Below the pieces are notes generated by a model. That model saw nothing but the letters and a program-made list of their open reading frames with translations. It did not search any database and had not been told where the DNA came from. Position numbers and translations under genes: made by a program. DNA of 14,560 nucleotides from Candidatus Woesearchaeota archaeon. GTDB lineage: Archaea > Nanobdellota > Nanobdellia > Nanobdellales > Nanobdellaceae. Positions 13,529-14,560 of the stretch are shown here, one piece after another (position 1 is the stretch's first letter; every line of letters starts with the position of its first letter). The stretch spans positions 1-14,560 of the forward strand of contig CAYXSZ010000035.1 in the NCBI GenBank assembly GCA_964468425.1. The letters are read 5' to 3'.

Positions 13529-14401
13529 ATGAGGCAGCCAGTTGCCTTAGGATTTTATCCCCCTTCCCCAGAAGCGCTTAGAGAAAAGATTGAGGAATGT
13601 TTCCTTCACAGACTTGGACCCGGATACCTTCCTACTGAAAGAAAACACGAGAAACATATAATCTCAGCGATAGTTCCTCACGCTGGATACGATTACTCAG
13701 GTCCCTGCGCAGCTTGGGTATACAAAGAATTATATGAAAATTGGAATTTCGATACGGTTATAATCATTGGGACCAATCATACAAAGACTGGATCTAAGAT
13801 TTCTACACTAGTCTCCGAAGACTGGCTAACACCTTTTGGGGTAGTAAAAACTGATAAGGAGTTTGGAAAGCTTTTGATCCAAAATACAGATGCATTGGAC
13901 GATCCAACACCCCACATCTATGAACACTCGATCGAAGTTCAACTCCCTTTTCTCCAATACATCTCTCCAAACCTTCAGATTGTTCCGATTCTCTTTAATG
14001 GAATTTCTCTTGAAGAAATTCAAGACTTCTCTAAAGCTTTGATTGATATTTCAGAGGATCTTGGTAGAAAAACTTTAGTTCTATGTTCAACAGACTTTAC
14101 GCATCATGGCTCCGTGTATGGATATACTTTATTCGAAGAGAACCCTATTGAAAATGTAAGAAGTTTAGATCTTGAATACATCCAAAAAATCTTAGATCTA
14201 GACTCTAAGGGATTCTTGGAGTTAATTTCAAAATATAACGGAACCGTTTGTGGAAAGGATGTTGTTCTAGCATTCATAGAGTATTCCAAGCTTTGCGGTG
14301 CGCATCCGGATTTATTGAGCTATTATAACAGCGGAGAGCTCACGCTAGACCAGAGCATTATCGTAGGTTACGCCTCTCTAATCTCCTTTTCCTTTTCTTA
14401 A
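13529..14401 (+). CDS. amrB: Memo-like protein (AmmeMemoRadiSam system protein B)
   Basis: MRQPVALGFYPPSPEALREKI..., VPHAGYDYSGPCAAWVY, IIIGTNHT, EHSIEVQLPFLQY and CSTDFTHHG match the Memo family pattern, including its metal-site His/Asp residues. The track ORF start at 13346 lies inside rps7 in another frame, so the first ATG after the S7 stop is used. Confidence 0.85.
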   Translation: MRQPVALGFYPPSPEALREKIEECFLHRLGPGYLPTERKHEKHIISAIVPHAGYDYSGPCAAWVYKELYENWNFDTVIIIGTNHTKTGSKISTLVSEDWLTPFGVVKTDKEFGKLLIQNTDALDDPTPHIYEHSIEVQLPFLQYISPNLQIVPILFNGISLEEIQDFSKALIDISEDLGRKTLVLCSTDFTHHGSVYGYTLFEENPIENVRSLDLEYIQKILDLDSKGFLELISKYNGTVCGKDVVLAFIEYSKLCGAHPDLLSYYNSGELTLDQSIIVGYASLISFSFS

Positions 14402-14560
14402 CTTTACCTCAATAACTTCTCCATTTGGATCTACCTCTCTAAATATCTGAGATTGGAACCTATATACTTTTATAGGCAGTTCTAACCAAGCATTCGGTGG
14501 TAATCCTGCCTTTAGACACGTGTAACTCAGAAAAGTCGCTTTATCCCAATTTTCTTCAAC
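14378..14560 (-). CDS. amrA: AMMECR1-like protein, C-terminal fragment (AmmeMemoRadiSam system protein A); 5' end outside the window
   Basis: Hand translation of the - strand from the window edge gives 60 open codons, VEENWDKATFLSYTCLKAGLPPNAWLELPIKVYRFQSQIFREVDPNGEVIEVKLRKGKGD*, with the stop at 14378-14380. The W-D-x-x-x-F-L...C-x-K-A-G-L...W...F-Q-x-x-x-F-x-E pattern is what I recall for the AMMECR1 C-terminus. It is not in the ORF track (no start in window). It overlaps the amrB 3' end by 24 nt. Confidence 0.6.
   Translation of the reverse strand, partial: VEENWDKATFLSYTCLKAGLPPNAWLELPIKVYRFQSQIFREVDPNGEVIEVKLRKGKGD

Noticed and set aside
1-14560. Scan for CRISPR arrays, IS elements, integrases, inteins, rRNA and tRNA genes
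   Set aside because: By eye I found no regularly spaced direct repeats, terminal inverted repeats, recombinase-like ORFs, intein-sized insertions in the RNAP genes, or cloverleaf-compatible sequences. A computational scan (tRNAscan-SE, Infernal, CRISPR finders) would be needed to be sure.

Overview
Archaeal chromosomal window, roughly 40% GC by eye (not computed). The proteins are K/E/I/Y-rich, as in thermophiles. Most of it is a core information-processing cluster on the + strand: RNA polymerase B' (C-terminal half of a split rpoB), A' and A'', then ribosomal proteins L30e, uS12 and uS7. Upstream lie archaeal DnaG (- strand), stalk protein P1 and an archaea-type coiled-coil protein. The left end carries a Taw3/TYW3 tRNA-modification gene between two membrane-anchored orphan proteins; one is a 494-aa Cys/Tyr-rich protein dense in N-glycosylation sequons. 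The right end carries a Memo-like gene and, missing from the ORF track, the 3' end of a convergent AMMECR1-like gene (AmmeMemoRadiSam proteins B and A). No rRNA, tRNA, CRISPR array or mobile element could be supported. Main oddities: (1) the usual archaeal order rpoH-rpoB-rpoA'-rpoA''-L30e-nusA-S12-S7-EF2-EF1a-S10 is eroded: rpoH/rpoB'' are not upstream, nusA is absent, a polytopic membrane protein gene with its own promoter- and terminator-like signals sits between S12 and S7, and no elongation-factor genes follow S7. (2) RpoB' and uS12 carry substitutions in motifs I remember as near-invariant. (3) Nearly every gene has a TATA-like box about 26 nt upstream of its start codon and no Shine-Dalgarno, suggesting leaderless units. 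(4) A 379-bp spacer between convergent genes holds a GC-rich island framed by promoter- and terminator-like signals. Together these fit a fast-evolving, possibly genome-reduced thermophilic archaeon, but the lineage cannot be determined from this window. All family assignments come from reading motifs and remembered alignments; no searches were run.
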